Shown here in pieces: positions 39,041 to 49,861 of a DNA stretch of 64,000 nt. Origin of the DNA: a virus. Location: the IMG/VR virus record IMGVR_UViG_3300025736_000018, positions 652 to 64,651 of that record, one strand, 5' to 3'. Position numbers and translations under genes: made by a program. How positions within the stretch are numbered: position 1 is the first letter of the stretch; each line of letters starts with the position of its first letter. The notes under the pieces were generated by a model. That model did not search any database. It saw only the letters and a program-made list of their open reading frames with translations, and was not told the origin of the DNA.

Positions 39041-39117
39041 ATTAAAGCTGTAACTTATTATGAGAGTTTGTATGAGTGATTGGTTGACTAAATAGCTAAA
39101 TTTTTATAATAAATAAC

Positions 39118-39209
39118 TTACTATTTTTGCCTTTTCTTTTATATTATCATTGTAGTATAAGAAAGGGCATTATTTTATTATAATTAAAAGAAAGAAGGAA
39201 AATAAATTT
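39118..39209 (+). promoter_or_regulatory. reiterated promoter cassette (degenerate copy)
   Basis: CTTACTATTTTTGCCTTTTCTTTTATATTATCAT ... AAGGAAAATAAATTT-ATG. Confidence 0.4.
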
Positions 39210-40010
39210 ATGCAAATATCACACGAATCACCGTTATGCTTATTAGAAGAGAGTAGAAAATATAATGATTATGATTATGCTCTAGTTCATCTATTTGATA
39301 GTAATGGCAAATATTATAATTTTTTTGAAGAGTCATTGAAATTAGGAAGACGCGTTATTTTAGATAATAGTATATTTGAACTTGGTACCGCTTTTGATGC
39401 AGAAGAGTTTTCACAATGGATTCACACATTAAATCCGACTGATTATATAGTTCCAGACGTTTTAGAGGATTGTGATGGAACTATTGCACAGTTTGAGAGT
39501 TGGATAGAGAATCATGGAGATCTACCAGGAAATAAAATAGGAGTAGTCCATGGAAAGACATATGAAGAAATGGTTAAGTGTTATCAATATATGGAACGAA
39601 ATGCTGATAAAATAGCTTTTAATTTTGTTGATAAAGTGTATGATGATTTTTGCATGCAAGGAGATATTGGACTTGATTTTGGTAGAATGACTGGTAGAAT
39701 GGATTTGATCCAAAAAATGGTTGAAGATGGTATCATTAATACAAATATAAAGCATCACATATTAGGTTGTGTATTACCTCAAGCAGGTAAGTTTTACAAA
39801 CAATTTGATTGGATAGAATCCGTTGATACATCAAACCCTATCATTCACGGTATACTAAATATTAAATATCAAGAACAAAAAGGCTTATTTACAAAGAATA
39901 AAATAAAAATGGTTGATATCTTTGATAAAAAAGTTGATAGAGAACAATGGAATGACATACAATATAACATTGAACAATTCAGAAAGATTTGGAGTATAAA
40001 TGAACATTAA
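39210..40010 (+). CDS. hypothetical protein; candidate TGT/DpdA-like 7-deazaguanine transglycosylase
   Basis: sits between QueC and FolE2; ILDNSIFELG loosely resembles the TGT-family LDSGGFQ motif. Confidence 0.3.
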   Translation: MQISHESPLCLLEESRKYNDYDYALVHLFDSNGKYYNFFEESLKLGRRVILDNSIFELGTAFDAEEFSQWIHTLNPTDYIVPDVLEDCDGTIAQFESWIENHGDLPGNKIGVVHGKTYEEMVKCYQYMERNADKIAFNFVDKVYDDFCMQGDIGLDFGRMTGRMDLIQKMVEDGIINTNIKHHILGCVLPQAGKFYKQFDWIESVDTSNPIIHGILNIKYQEQKGLFTKNKIKMVDIFDKKVDREQWNDIQYNIEQFRKIWSINEH

Positions 40011-40833
40011 TGATATAAAACTACTTAATAATGATACTGTATTTATGATGACCTGTGGGAAGGTTAAATATCATTTTGAATATGATGTGCCGTTACATAA
40101 ACTTTACAAAGGAGCATTTCATAATGCAAGACAAGATTTTATAAATTTAGTCGCGGGTAAAAATAATTACTACTACGTCACACCATCAGGTCCAGGGATT
40201 GTTTCTGCAACAACATTGTGTGGTTATTATGATATGATAACGCCTAATTGTAAATTAATCGATGAAACTTTTATAATCAAACATAGAGAAAATGCATATA
40301 AACATTCTCCAATTCTTAAAACTGCAAAAAATGTATATTATATTGGTGACATTAGATATTTTACTTTTTTACAAAAAGTTTTTTATGATAAAAATATTAT
40401 TATGATTTTTAATGAAAAATCAGGTATGGGGACTCAAATAGGGCTTTTAAGAAGGTTTGTAAATTATTATAATAAGCCAACATATTTTAAACATTTAAAA
40501 ATACAAGATGACAATAAAATTATAATTCTTTATAAGAGAAATAAAGTAGAATTTCTTAATGTCTTTACAAAAAAAGATAATTTATATATTAATGATGTTG
40601 AGATAAAACCACATACATATATTAATAAATTTTTGAAAAATAATAAAATAGACGTGGCAAAATACATACCACGTTCTAATTCAAGAATATTATTATCAAT
40701 AGTTAGTAAAATAATTAATCCAGTTTTTGGCTGTAACTGGGTAAAGGAAGAAATTAAATTTGACGATAAAATTGATTATTATTTAAACAAATACTTCAAT
40801 AAAAATATTGTTAAATTATTAAAGGAAACATAA
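40000..40833 (+). CDS. hypothetical protein
   Basis: 277-aa ORF. Confidence 0.5.
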   Translation: MNINDIKLLNNDTVFMMTCGKVKYHFEYDVPLHKLYKGAFHNARQDFINLVAGKNNYYYVTPSGPGIVSATTLCGYYDMITPNCKLIDETFIIKHRENAYKHSPILKTAKNVYYIGDIRYFTFLQKVFYDKNIIMIFNEKSGMGTQIGLLRRFVNYYNKPTYFKHLKIQDDNKIIILYKRNKVEFLNVFTKKDNLYINDVEIKPHTYINKFLKNNKIDVAKYIPRSNSRILLSIVSKIINPVFGCNWVKEEIKFDDKIDYYLNKYFNKNIVKLLKET

Positions 40834-41361
40834 ATGAGAATAGCATTATCCGGTGCCCAGAGTGTTGGAAAATCTACAATATTGAAGGCAATGAAAAAAT
40901 TGCCTGAATTTAGTAATTACGAATTTGTAGAAGAAATTGTCAGAAATTTACATAAAAAATATGGAATTCAAATTAATGAACAAGGAAACGGAGACACTCA
41001 GTTGATGATTGCTAACGCTCATTATTTTAACGGATTCAAAAAGAATGTAGTTCTGGATAGGTGTATATTGGATTGTCTTGTTTACACTCACTTATTGGAA
41101 GATAACATTGAATATTGGATTTTTAACTATATACATAATCTATGGGAAAGGGAAATGGAAAAGATTGATTACGTCTTTTACTTTCCACCAGAGTTCAAAA
41201 TAGTTGATGATGGTTTCCGGAGTTTAGATGAAGAGTTTCAACTAAAGACTCATGAAGTTTTTCACAACTATATTGGTCGAAATAATGTAACCAATGTACA
41301 TACAATTATTGGAACGGTAGAGGAAAGAATGAAAAAAATAAAAGATATAATAGGAGTATAG
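40834..41361 (+). CDS. P-loop NTPase/kinase (AAA_28, NadR-kinase-like)
   Basis: Walker A IALSGAQSVGKSTIL. Confidence 0.45.
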   Translation: MRIALSGAQSVGKSTILKAMKKLPEFSNYEFVEEIVRNLHKKYGIQINEQGNGDTQLMIANAHYFNGFKKNVVLDRCILDCLVYTHLLEDNIEYWIFNYIHNLWEREMEKIDYVFYFPPEFKIVDDGFRSLDEEFQLKTHEVFHNYIGRNNVTNVHTIIGTVEERMKKIKDIIGV

Positions 41362-41367
41362 AATTAA

Positions 41368-42318
41368 ATGAGTTTACCCGACGTACAACAAAACACAACT
41401 GGATTTAAAAAGCTTCCAATAGAGAAAGTTGGAGTGAGAGGAATCAAAGTTCCCTTTCATATATTCCAGAAAGGTAATTCAAAAAGCTTCAGTACAATAG
41501 CAACAATTTCAAGCTACTGTAATCTTGTAGAAGATGTTAAAGGGATAAATATGTCTCGCATTAGCAGAGCAATTAATGAAGTGTTGCAGAGAAATAAAGA
41601 TGGATTTACAAATTTAAATGATTTTGTATATGCGCTTCAAGAGGCTCATGGAGCAACTGATATTTATATTAAGGCAAATTTTGAATATTTATATGATACA
41701 TTATCTCCAATTGAAAAGGTATCGTCAATAGAGCCGGTCAATATTACATTTGAGAGTAAACTAAAAGATGATAAATTATTCAACTACATTACAGTTAAAA
41801 CTACTGAGATGTCATTATGTCCTTGTAGCAAAGAAATGTCATTATTAAAAAATAACCTGACAATGACTGAGAGTTTACTTATACAACATGCTCAATTTCC
41901 TCCGGTATTACTTAATAAAATAAACAATGCTGGCTTTGGAGCACATAATCAAAAATCTACAATTGAGGTTACATTTGAATTTATAGAAGGAAGAACAATG
42001 TGAATCGAAGATATAATGGAAATTATTAGAGAAAATGTATCATCTCCTACATGATCAACTCTTAAAAGAGGAGACGAGAAATATGTAACTGAAAGGTCTT
42101 ATATGGGTGGGTATTATGATGAGAATAAGAAATTTGTAGATACTGGCGGTGGTCCAATGTTTGTAGAAGACATTGTTAGAAATATAGCTTTTGAATTAGA
42201 TAAAGAATTAGATAACAGAATATTAGACTATTCTATTATAGTTAACAATCATGAATCTATTCATTCAGACGATATAATGGCTACTGCAATAATGACAGCA
42301 GGGCGAGAATTAAAATAA
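41368..42318 (+). CDS. folE2: GTP cyclohydrolase I type 2 (FolE2/MptA-like; two in-frame TGA)
   Basis: LPDVQ...IEKVGVRGIKVP, MSLCPCSKEMS, C-terminal HESIHSDDIMATA; the 41368 and 42103 ORFs share one frame. Confidence 0.6.
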
Positions 42319-42325
42319 AAAAGTA

Positions 42326-42400
42326 GTTACTATTTTTTGTAATTTGCTTATATTATATATATATGTAAGATTAAAAAAATATAACTTGGAGGTTATTAAA
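42326..42400 (+). promoter_or_regulatory. reiterated promoter/leader cassette (copy)
   Basis: GTTACTATTTTTTGTAATTTGCTTATATTATAT then AACTTGGAGGTTATTAAA-ATG. Confidence 0.55.
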
Positions 42401-42679
42401 ATGAGAGAAAGAACACAGGTGCAGGATTTTAAAGCAGAAAGAAAGTTAAAATATGTAAGTTCACATGCAAATAAGATTTCAAAAGATGATATGCAGTTGA
42501 TCTATAATGAACATGATATAGAAAAAAAGCGCACAATGGTTATTAAAATCATAAATGACTTCGCATACAAAGGTAAGCAAGCGCTTTTTTTGAAAAAAGT
42601 TAAAAGTACTAATAGTACTATAGGGCTAGATATAATAGCTTCAAATCTATACTTATTCGCTGAAGGACTTTATGTATAA
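42401..42679 (+). CDS. hypothetical protein
   Basis: ATG after the leader. Confidence 0.5.
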   Translation: MRERTQVQDFKAERKLKYVSSHANKISKDDMQLIYNEHDIEKKRTMVIKIINDFAYKGKQALFLKKVKSTNSTIGLDIIASNLYLFAEGLYV

Positions 42680-45600
42680 GGTATATTTAGCAAGACTCGA
42701 AAGAGGTCAACTTCCAGGTTGACCTTATTGTGTATATAAAATAGGTATTACTCAATTTGATAATGCTCTTATACGATTACGATATGCAGGTGCTGATGAG
42801 CCCAATCCTATTATAAAAACATTTCCAATAACTAAAATTATAAAGACAATTACTGTTGAAAATGAAGATCAAGCATTAAAAATTGAAGCAGAGATCATGA
42901 AAAGAACTATTAATTGAGCAAAGGATAAGAGATTTCACAATTGATACGAACCAGATCAAGTATCTGGAATTACTGAAATGCGAAAATGAGATAGAGCAGA
43001 GGTTCGATATGTGACTCACTTAATGAATAATACTCAGTTAATACTCGAGGATAAAGAAGTTATATTTTTTAAAAAGGAACAATTAATAATGAAACAAATA
43101 TTTAACATACATAATCATAGTACATTTTCAATACATGATGGAGTAGGTACTCCAGATCAGTGAGCAAAATATATCAGCGAAAATCCAGAGCAACATGTAC
43201 AAGCAATATCATTATCTGAACACGGTACACTAAACGGAATGATGGAAACTTTTAATGCAGCAAAAAAATATAATTTAAAATATATGCCTTCGGTTGAAAT
43301 ATATCTTGAAGATAAATATAATTTTGATAATCCACGCGAAAATCAAAAAGGTCATCTTGTTTTATTTGGAGTAAACAAGAGAGGTTATGAGCAAATAATT
43401 CAAATTAATAATTTAGCTATTCAACGTGGGCAAATACTTAAAATGAGAAGCGGAAAGCGAGTTACTGTAGTTACATTAGATATATTAGAAGAAGTAATTA
43501 GAGACGAAAGAGGAAACGTAAAATGTTCAGGAGCTTGCGTTGGTGGATATTGGAATCTGCCTATTCTTAAAAATAACGATATTAGAGCTGCTCATGAAAA
43601 TCTCATTAAAATAATGGAAATATTTGGTAAAGAAAATACTTATATTGAATACCAAGTATACTTAGATGATACGGATAAGCAACTTAGAGTAAATTGTGCT
43701 AATAAAATTTTTAAAGAGAAATATGATCTTAAAGCTATTGTAACTTCTGATGCTCATATAATTAAAAAAGACGATGTAAAATATCAAGCGGTTGCTGTAG
43801 CAATGGGTTGGAAAACAACATTGGAGCAATTTCTTAAAGTAGGCCATCTTCATTATTCAGTTTGGTTAAAAAATTCTGATGAGTTTTTTGAAGCATTGGA
43901 AATTAAAGAATTTGGAATAACAGAAGAGGATATGAGTGAAGCAATAAATGAAACGCTTAATATTTTTGATGAATTAGAAGAGATAGAATTATTTCAACCT
44001 CAAGTGTTCACATATCATAATAGTACAGAAGAAGAAAAATTACAAAAGTTTTCTGATCTTGTTTATAGTGGCTGGAATGAAAAAATAGATGGTATTATTC
44101 CAGTGGAAGAGCGTACACAATATATGGAACGTTTAGCTTATGAAACAAAATTATTACGCAAGAAAAATTTTATTGACTATTTTTTAGCTGTAAGTGAAAT
44201 TGTTGAAGAGGGTAGAAAACAAGGAATTGTATTTGGTGTAGGTCGTGGCTCAGCAGCTTCAAGTTTGGTTTCCTATTTGTTAAATATTACTAATCTAGAT
44301 CCAATAAAATATAATTTGATTTTTGAAAGATTTATTAGTGAAGATAGAATTGATTATCCTGATATTGATGTAGATTGCTCAAATAGAGAAGATCTAATAA
44401 ATATTATTCAAAGTCTCTATCCAAATAGTGACGTTACTGTTGTTGCTAATAAAAGTAAGTTAGGTCTCAAAAATTTAATTAATTATATGTTTAAGGTTTT
44501 TAATATTACATATCCAAAGAAAGACTATGTTTCTTCTGGATACTACTTTTCAGATTTAGTTGACAAATATAATCTTGATCAATATGATGTTGATTCGTTT
44601 ATGGAATTAGCTGAAGTAGAAGATTTAGAACAACATTTTAATAATAAATTTCCTAACTATAATCTTCACTATATGTTTAACTTATTAATTAAGAACCTAT
44701 CTAACATAGGTATTCATGCAGGAGGAGTTTGTATTCTTCCTAAGGGACAAAGTATTGTTCCTCTGACACCTGTAGCAAATGATAAATATGCGCATGGCTC
44801 TGGCTATTCTGAATCTGGTAATTACAGAGAGTTAGAATATGTAGGTCAAATTAAATTTGATTTCTTAGGCATTAGAACATTACGTATATTTGAAGATGTA
44901 GGTAAATTATTAAGAGAGAAATATGATGATTGGAATTTAGATAGAGTAAATAAATTATTAGAATTTGAAGGTGTTAATGTTGATGATAATATGGTATATG
45001 ATAGAATTAATACTACACTTACAGACGGATTTTTTCAAATTAGTTCTAGCGGAATGAAACAATTAATATGCGATCTTAAGCCTTCTAATATTGAAGAGCT
45101 TGCCCAATTGATTGCTTTATATCGTCCAGGTCCATTACAAGCTGGAATGAATAAAACTATGAAGGGAGTAAAGAATGGAGAGATAAAAGAAAGATCTCTT
45201 TGGCCTGAAGACTTACTATCTCACTTAGAGCCTATTATTAAGAATACTAGCTATCATATTCTATATCAAGAGCAATTAATGCATATAGGAAAAGCTATAG
45301 GAGATTATAGTATTATTGATTTAAATAATTTCCGTAATTTCTTATCTAAGGGGAATCCAATGAGAGAAAGTAATCCAAAGAAATTTGCTGAATGGCAAAA
45401 GAAATTTTACGATTCTTTCATTGAAAATGGAGCAAAAAAAGGAATTTCAAATAAATCGTTAGAGTTACTATGGGAAAAAATGAAGCAATTCTCAAAATAT
45501 TCATTCGTTAAAGCACATGCTGTTAGTTATGCACATAACGCCTTTATGTGCGCTTACTTATCACAATATTATCCAATAGAATGGTATACTGCAATGCTGC

Positions 45601-46481
45601 GTCATGAAGATCCTATAGAGTTCTTGCCAATTGTTAAAGAGCAAATTGAACAATTAGGATTAGAGATTCAAATTATCCCTCCGCAGATTAATAATATTTA
45701 TCGCGAATCAACTAATATTAATAATAAAGTTATTATTTTAGGTATTAATCAAATTAAAGGAATTGGCGTTAGAGCATCTGAAGAGTTAAACAATATTGCA
45801 AATATTCACTATGACAATTTCCAAGAGTTTCTCACATCAAAAGATTATTCTAAGCGGGTAATTAATAAAGGAATTGTGGAAAAGCTAATTAAAATTGGAT
45901 TCTTTAATACTATAGAGCCTGATCGTGCTAAATTATTAATCAAATATATGAAGTCTATAGTTAAACTTAAGAAAGGTGAGAAGCCTCCTGAAATTAATCG
46001 AAGTAATTTTTTATCTAAACTATATAATTTCAATGCATCAGAAGATTTGTTTTTCTTCAAAGCTGAAATGAGTATGATTGGAACCTCATTAACTTCATTT
46101 CCATATCAAGCTTTAGCTAATCAAGTAGATGCTATGGTACGAGACGATGTAAGAAAATATGCACGTGGTGAAGAAATTTACTTAGAAGTTTTAGCTGGTA
46201 TTGATTCTATTAAAATTAAACAAACTAAAACAAAAAAAGAGTTTCTAAGTCTTAAATTGAGAACTATTAGTGGTAAGTTTATATGGTGTAATTTGTTTGA
46301 TAGCAAAATGAAGCATATTGAAGAGCAATGGCAATTAAATTTAAAGAATGAAGATTATAGTGATACAATATTGATGTTTTACTATACAGAGAGTGGAAGC
46401 TGGAAGAATCTTTTAGATTTGGTACCACTACAAAAATTTATAGAAGTAAAAGAACAGGTAGATAAAAATGGAAAAGATTAA
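42672..46481 (+). CDS. dnaE: DNA polymerase III alpha-like replicase (DnaE/PHP) read contiguously with an N-terminal T5orf172/MUG113 domain; six in-frame TGA, all in the first 165 codons
   Basis: MYKVYLARLERGQLPGW(TGA)PYCVYKIGIT matches the T5orf172 start; no stop before the PHP motif IHNHSTFSIHDGVGTPDQW(TGA)AKY; 1080-aa TGA-free DnaE core from 43239. Confidence 0.6.
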
Positions 46482-47385
46482 TTTAATAACTGAAGAGATA
46501 GATGACGATAGAAAATACTTACATATTTCTAATTCTCAAGTAACCACATATATGGGTTGTCCATATCATTATTACTTACAGAAAGTAAAAAAGCTAGGCA
46601 CGGGTTCTGGATCAATATTTACAGTATTTGGAACAGCAATGCATAAAACTATTCAAGAATATTTACGTGTAATGTTTGGGGAATCTGTAAAAAAAGCTAA
46701 TACAATAGATTTACCGACGTTGTTAAAGAAATCTATGATCAAAGAGTGTATAAAAGAAGAAAAGAAAATTAAAGATAGTGGTAAAGCATTAATTATGTCA
46801 GATGATTTTCGAGATATATATTATGATGGTATAGAAATTATAAATTTCTTTCTTAAGAAGAGAGGTAAATATTTTAATACTAGAAAGCATGAGTTACTCA
46901 GTATTGAAGAGGAGTTATACATACCAACTATTAATGGCATAAAGTTTAAGGGATTCATTGATGTAGTAATCAAGGATAAATTAACAGGACGAATAAATTT
47001 AATTGATTTAAAGACTTCATATAGTGGTTGGAATGATAAAAAGAGAAAGGATGTTAAAGTAAGAATGCAGCTTAATTTATATAAATATTTTTATAGTGCT
47101 AAGCATAATATTCCGCTTGATATGATAGACACTGAATTCTTAATACTAAAAAGAAAAGTATATGATGAAAATTGCGATTGGACAATTCCTCGCATGCAAA
47201 AATTTATACCACCGAGTTCTGAGAGAACAATACAAAAGTATTTAGCAATATGTAAAGATGCTATAGAGAATATATTTACTGAAAATGGTAAATATATTAA
47301 TGATGCAAATAAATATCCAAAACAAAAATCAGTTGATAGTTGTAAGTATTGTGAGTTTAAAGGAACTAAGCATTGCGATCAATGA
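46468..47385 (+). CDS. PD-(D/E)XK exonuclease (RecB/Cas4-like) with C-terminal Cys cluster
   Basis: GFIDVVIKD...INLIDLKTS (D...D/ExK) and CKYCEFKGTKHC. Confidence 0.6.
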   Translation: MEKINLITEEIDDDRKYLHISNSQVTTYMGCPYHYYLQKVKKLGTGSGSIFTVFGTAMHKTIQEYLRVMFGESVKKANTIDLPTLLKKSMIKECIKEEKKIKDSGKALIMSDDFRDIYYDGIEIINFFLKKRGKYFNTRKHELLSIEEELYIPTINGIKFKGFIDVVIKDKLTGRINLIDLKTSYSGWNDKKRKDVKVRMQLNLYKYFYSAKHNIPLDMIDTEFLILKRKVYDENCDWTIPRMQKFIPPSSERTIQKYLAICKDAIENIFTENGKYINDANKYPKQKSVDSCKYCEFKGTKHCDQ

Positions 47386-47407
47386 CGACTAAAGAAGGAA
47401 AAGTAAG

Positions 47408-47716
47408 ATGGTAGACAAAGAAATAATTAAAAAAAGAAAAGCTGAGTATGGTGATGCAATTGAAAACATAGCTCACTTTTGAAATGCATATTTAGATTTT
47501 GATTTAGATTCGCTTGATAAACTTACACCGTGGGATGTTTGTATGATGATGGCTTTGATGAAAGACGCTAGACTAGTCTGTATTTTAAACAAAGCACCAT
47601 CCGATGTAGATATAGATGAGTTTAGAAAAACTGATCCTTCATATATTGATAATATAAAAGATAGAGAAAACTATCACTGGATAGCAAATAACTGAGAAGA
47701 ATATAAAACTTTATAA
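47408..47716 (+). CDS. hypothetical protein (two in-frame TGA)
   Basis: 102 aa continuous if TGA is sense. Confidence 0.4.
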
Positions 47717-47746
47717 ATTAGTTTATACAACAAAGTTGTTACTATT

Positions 47747-47803
47747 TTTTGTAATTATATTATATTATATATGTAGAAATTAATAAATGGAGGTTTATTA
47801 AAA
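47747..47803 (+). promoter_or_regulatory. reiterated promoter cassette (copy)
   Basis: GTTACTATTTTTTGTAATTATATTATATTATAT then ATGGAGGTTTATTAAAA-ATG. Confidence 0.55.
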
Positions 47804-47986
47804 ATGAAAAAAGATTTATTAGAACTTTTAGAAGAGTTAAAAAAATATGATCCATCTGTTGAAGAGATTAAAATGCTTAATAAAATTACAGAAAAGTATC
47901 CAAAACTCAAGCATTTAAAAAGTTGTACCCATAGGTTAGCATTAATTATTGATATTGAACGTATCTTGAGGAGAATAGATGACTAA
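47804..47986 (+). CDS. hypothetical protein
   Basis: 60-aa ORF after cassette. Confidence 0.45.
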   Translation: MKKDLLELLEELKKYDPSVEEIKMLNKITEKYPKLKHLKSCTHRLALIIDIERILRRIDD

Positions 47987-48028
47987 AAAAGAGAGCACGA
48001 ATTAGCTGTAGAAATTCTTAAGCTTGTA

Positions 48029-48283
48029 ATGGATAATAGATTCGTACATAGCATCGGACGCGACGCCGAAGTTTATGTGTGGAATCTCATTTTAAGAATT
48101 GATTCTTGTGGCAATGTTTTTGAATATGATTCTAAAAATGACGGAATTATTTTTTATTATGACGAAGATATTAAGCAAAGATTATTAGGTGGAGTTATAG
48201 AACGTGGAAGGCGAATAAAAAATGTTACAAAAGTAATTGAAAAAGCAAATGCTTTTCTTAATGAACGGAGGATGGATGAATAA
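48029..48283 (+). CDS. hypothetical protein
   Basis: 84-aa ORF. Confidence 0.45.
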   Translation: MDNRFVHSIGRDAEVYVWNLILRIDSCGNVFEYDSKNDGIIFYYDEDIKQRLLGGVIERGRRIKNVTKVIEKANAFLNERRMDE

Positions 48284-48602
48284 AGAAGAAAGAAAACGAA
48301 TAATGGAAAGAGAAAAGGTAATAGCGATATTTGAGCAAGCAACTGGATCTCGTTTAAGTATAGATCAAAGCGAAGCTCTTACATATGAAGTTAATAATGT
48401 TTCATTGATAATACAATGTGTACACTATACTCTTGAATATTTTGCTTATAGAAATGAAGATTGGCTTTCACTTTATAATACTAGAGCAATTATGATAGGT
48501 TATGGTAAATTTAAAGACTATAAGATAAGTGAAAGAGTTCGTAGTGTGGTATCAACTGTTGGAAAAATGAAAAGGATTATTAAGAATCACGAGTGGGATT
48601 AG
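48276..48602 (+). CDS. hypothetical protein
   Basis: internal ATG after GGAGGA; overlaps the upstream stop in ATGAATAA. Confidence 0.45.
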   Translation: MNKEERKRIMEREKVIAIFEQATGSRLSIDQSEALTYEVNNVSLIIQCVHYTLEYFAYRNEDWLSLYNTRAIMIGYGKFKDYKISERVRSVVSTVGKMKRIIKNHEWD

Positions 48603-48606
48603 AACT

Positions 48607-48903
48607 ATGATAGAAATTAATGCAAAACTTGAAGTGCTAGTTGAAGATGCACACAATTATAAAATTGATTGGAATCACTTAAATCAAGCTGGTAAACTAA
48701 TTGGTTTAGAGCCAGTATATGATTTATCACGTTTAAGAATTGTCGATCACGATCTCATTTTAGTTGAAGTAAGAGAAAATTGGACAGCAAAATGGACTAA
48801 CCTTTTTCATGAACAATATTATATTCTATCAAAGTCCGAGTTCGTTAAAAAGTGTGAAGAGTTAAAAATATATTTTATTGTAAAGATAAATAATAGGAGT
48901 TAA
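48607..48903 (+). CDS. hypothetical protein (paralog pair A)
   Basis: KIDWNHLNQAGKLIGLEPVYD ... FVKKCEELKIYFIV. Confidence 0.5.
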   Translation: MIEINAKLEVLVEDAHNYKIDWNHLNQAGKLIGLEPVYDLSRLRIVDHDLILVEVRENWTAKWTNLFHEQYYILSKSEFVKKCEELKIYFIVKINNRS

Positions 48904-48905
48904 AA

Positions 48906-49211
48906 ATGATACCGATAACAGTTAATAGGAGATGGTTAGATAATAAAATGCAACATTATCCATTTGACTGGGATGAGTTGATGGAGAGTGGTGAAATAAT
49001 CGGCTCTATTCTTGTATACAAACCTAACGGATGTGTCGCTGGAGAAGAAACCGTAGTTGCAAGAACTATAGATCTTCACGGAAAACAACTTATCAAATGG
49101 ATACATGTTGATACTTATATCAATAGTTGTATGCTATATACGAAAGAAGAATTTATAAAAAAATGTAAATCACTGAATGTAAACTTTTTAATTAGTTTTA
49201 GGAGAGATTAA
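48906..49211 (+). CDS. hypothetical protein (paralog pair B)
   Basis: PFDWDELMESGEIIGSILVYK ... FIKKCKSLNVNFLI. Confidence 0.5.
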   Translation: MIPITVNRRWLDNKMQHYPFDWDELMESGEIIGSILVYKPNGCVAGEETVVARTIDLHGKQLIKWIHVDTYINSCMLYTKEEFIKKCKSLNVNFLISFRRD

Positions 49212-49214
49212 AAA

Positions 49215-49451
49215 ATGGAAAAGCGCGTAATATTAATAGTTGAAGAGGCGATTCAACAAGCAACCGCTGACACTGGCGATGACCTAGTAAATATAGAATT
49301 TGTATGGGAGAATTGTAAATCACAGATAAGTAGAGATAATTTTAATGCATATATTAATTCTTTAATTGGAGTAGGAGATATTAAAAGGCATTATTGCAGA
49401 AATACTGAAGTAGCTATTATTGTATTTGCTGATTATCTTAATAAGAGTTAA
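49215..49451 (+). CDS. hypothetical protein
   Basis: 78-aa ORF. Confidence 0.45.
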   Translation: MEKRVILIVEEAIQQATADTGDDLVNIEFVWENCKSQISRDNFNAYINSLIGVGDIKRHYCRNTEVAIIVFADYLNKS

Positions 49452-49457
49452 TTAGAG

Positions 49458-49784
49458 ATGAAAACAACAATAAAAGATATTTTTAATGAAAAAATATTTC
49501 AAGGCTTATTTGAAGTAGAGACAATGATTGATGATATGATTTATGATGTAGCACAACATAGTGCTCCGGTAGTTAATCGTACTATTGAAATATTGAGTAC
49601 AATCAAAGCAATATGCATGCTTTATGTTGAGAATAACTATATCATTAAGTCAGAAGAAGATTACGATAGATTATGTAAGCAAATGGATTATTATATGGAT
49701 CTAGACGAAGATATGTTACCAGAACAGCGTGCTGATTTAGAATTAATAGCATTAATTGTAGAAAAATATGAGAAAAAAATATAA
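49458..49784 (+). CDS. hypothetical protein
   Basis: 108-aa ORF. Confidence 0.45.
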   Translation: MKTTIKDIFNEKIFQGLFEVETMIDDMIYDVAQHSAPVVNRTIEILSTIKAICMLYVENNYIIKSEEDYDRLCKQMDYYMDLDEDMLPEQRADLELIALIVEKYEKKI

Positions 49785-49792
49785 TTATTTAA

Positions 49793-49861
49793 GTTACTAT
49801 TTTTTGTAATTTTATTATATTATATATAAGTAAATTTAAGAATAACTTGGAGGTTATTAAA
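49793..49861 (+). promoter_or_regulatory. reiterated promoter/leader cassette (copy)
   Basis: GTTACTATTTTTTGTAATTTTATTATATTATAT then AACTTGGAGGTTATTAAA-ATG. Confidence 0.55.

Noticed and set aside
42700-42735. Inverted repeat AGGTCAAC-TTCCAG-GTTGACCT after the 42679 stop, initially read as a terminator
   Set aside because: It lies inside the continuous T5orf172 reading frame that starts at 42672 and is not followed by a T-run.
8099-49861. MEVIKM... N-terminal extensions on ORFs at 8099, 14540, 25770, 32764, 42344 and 49847
   Set aside because: They arise from calling TTG inside the conserved leader AACTTGGAGGTTATTAAG as a start. The true start is the ATG 8 nt downstream of GGAGG.
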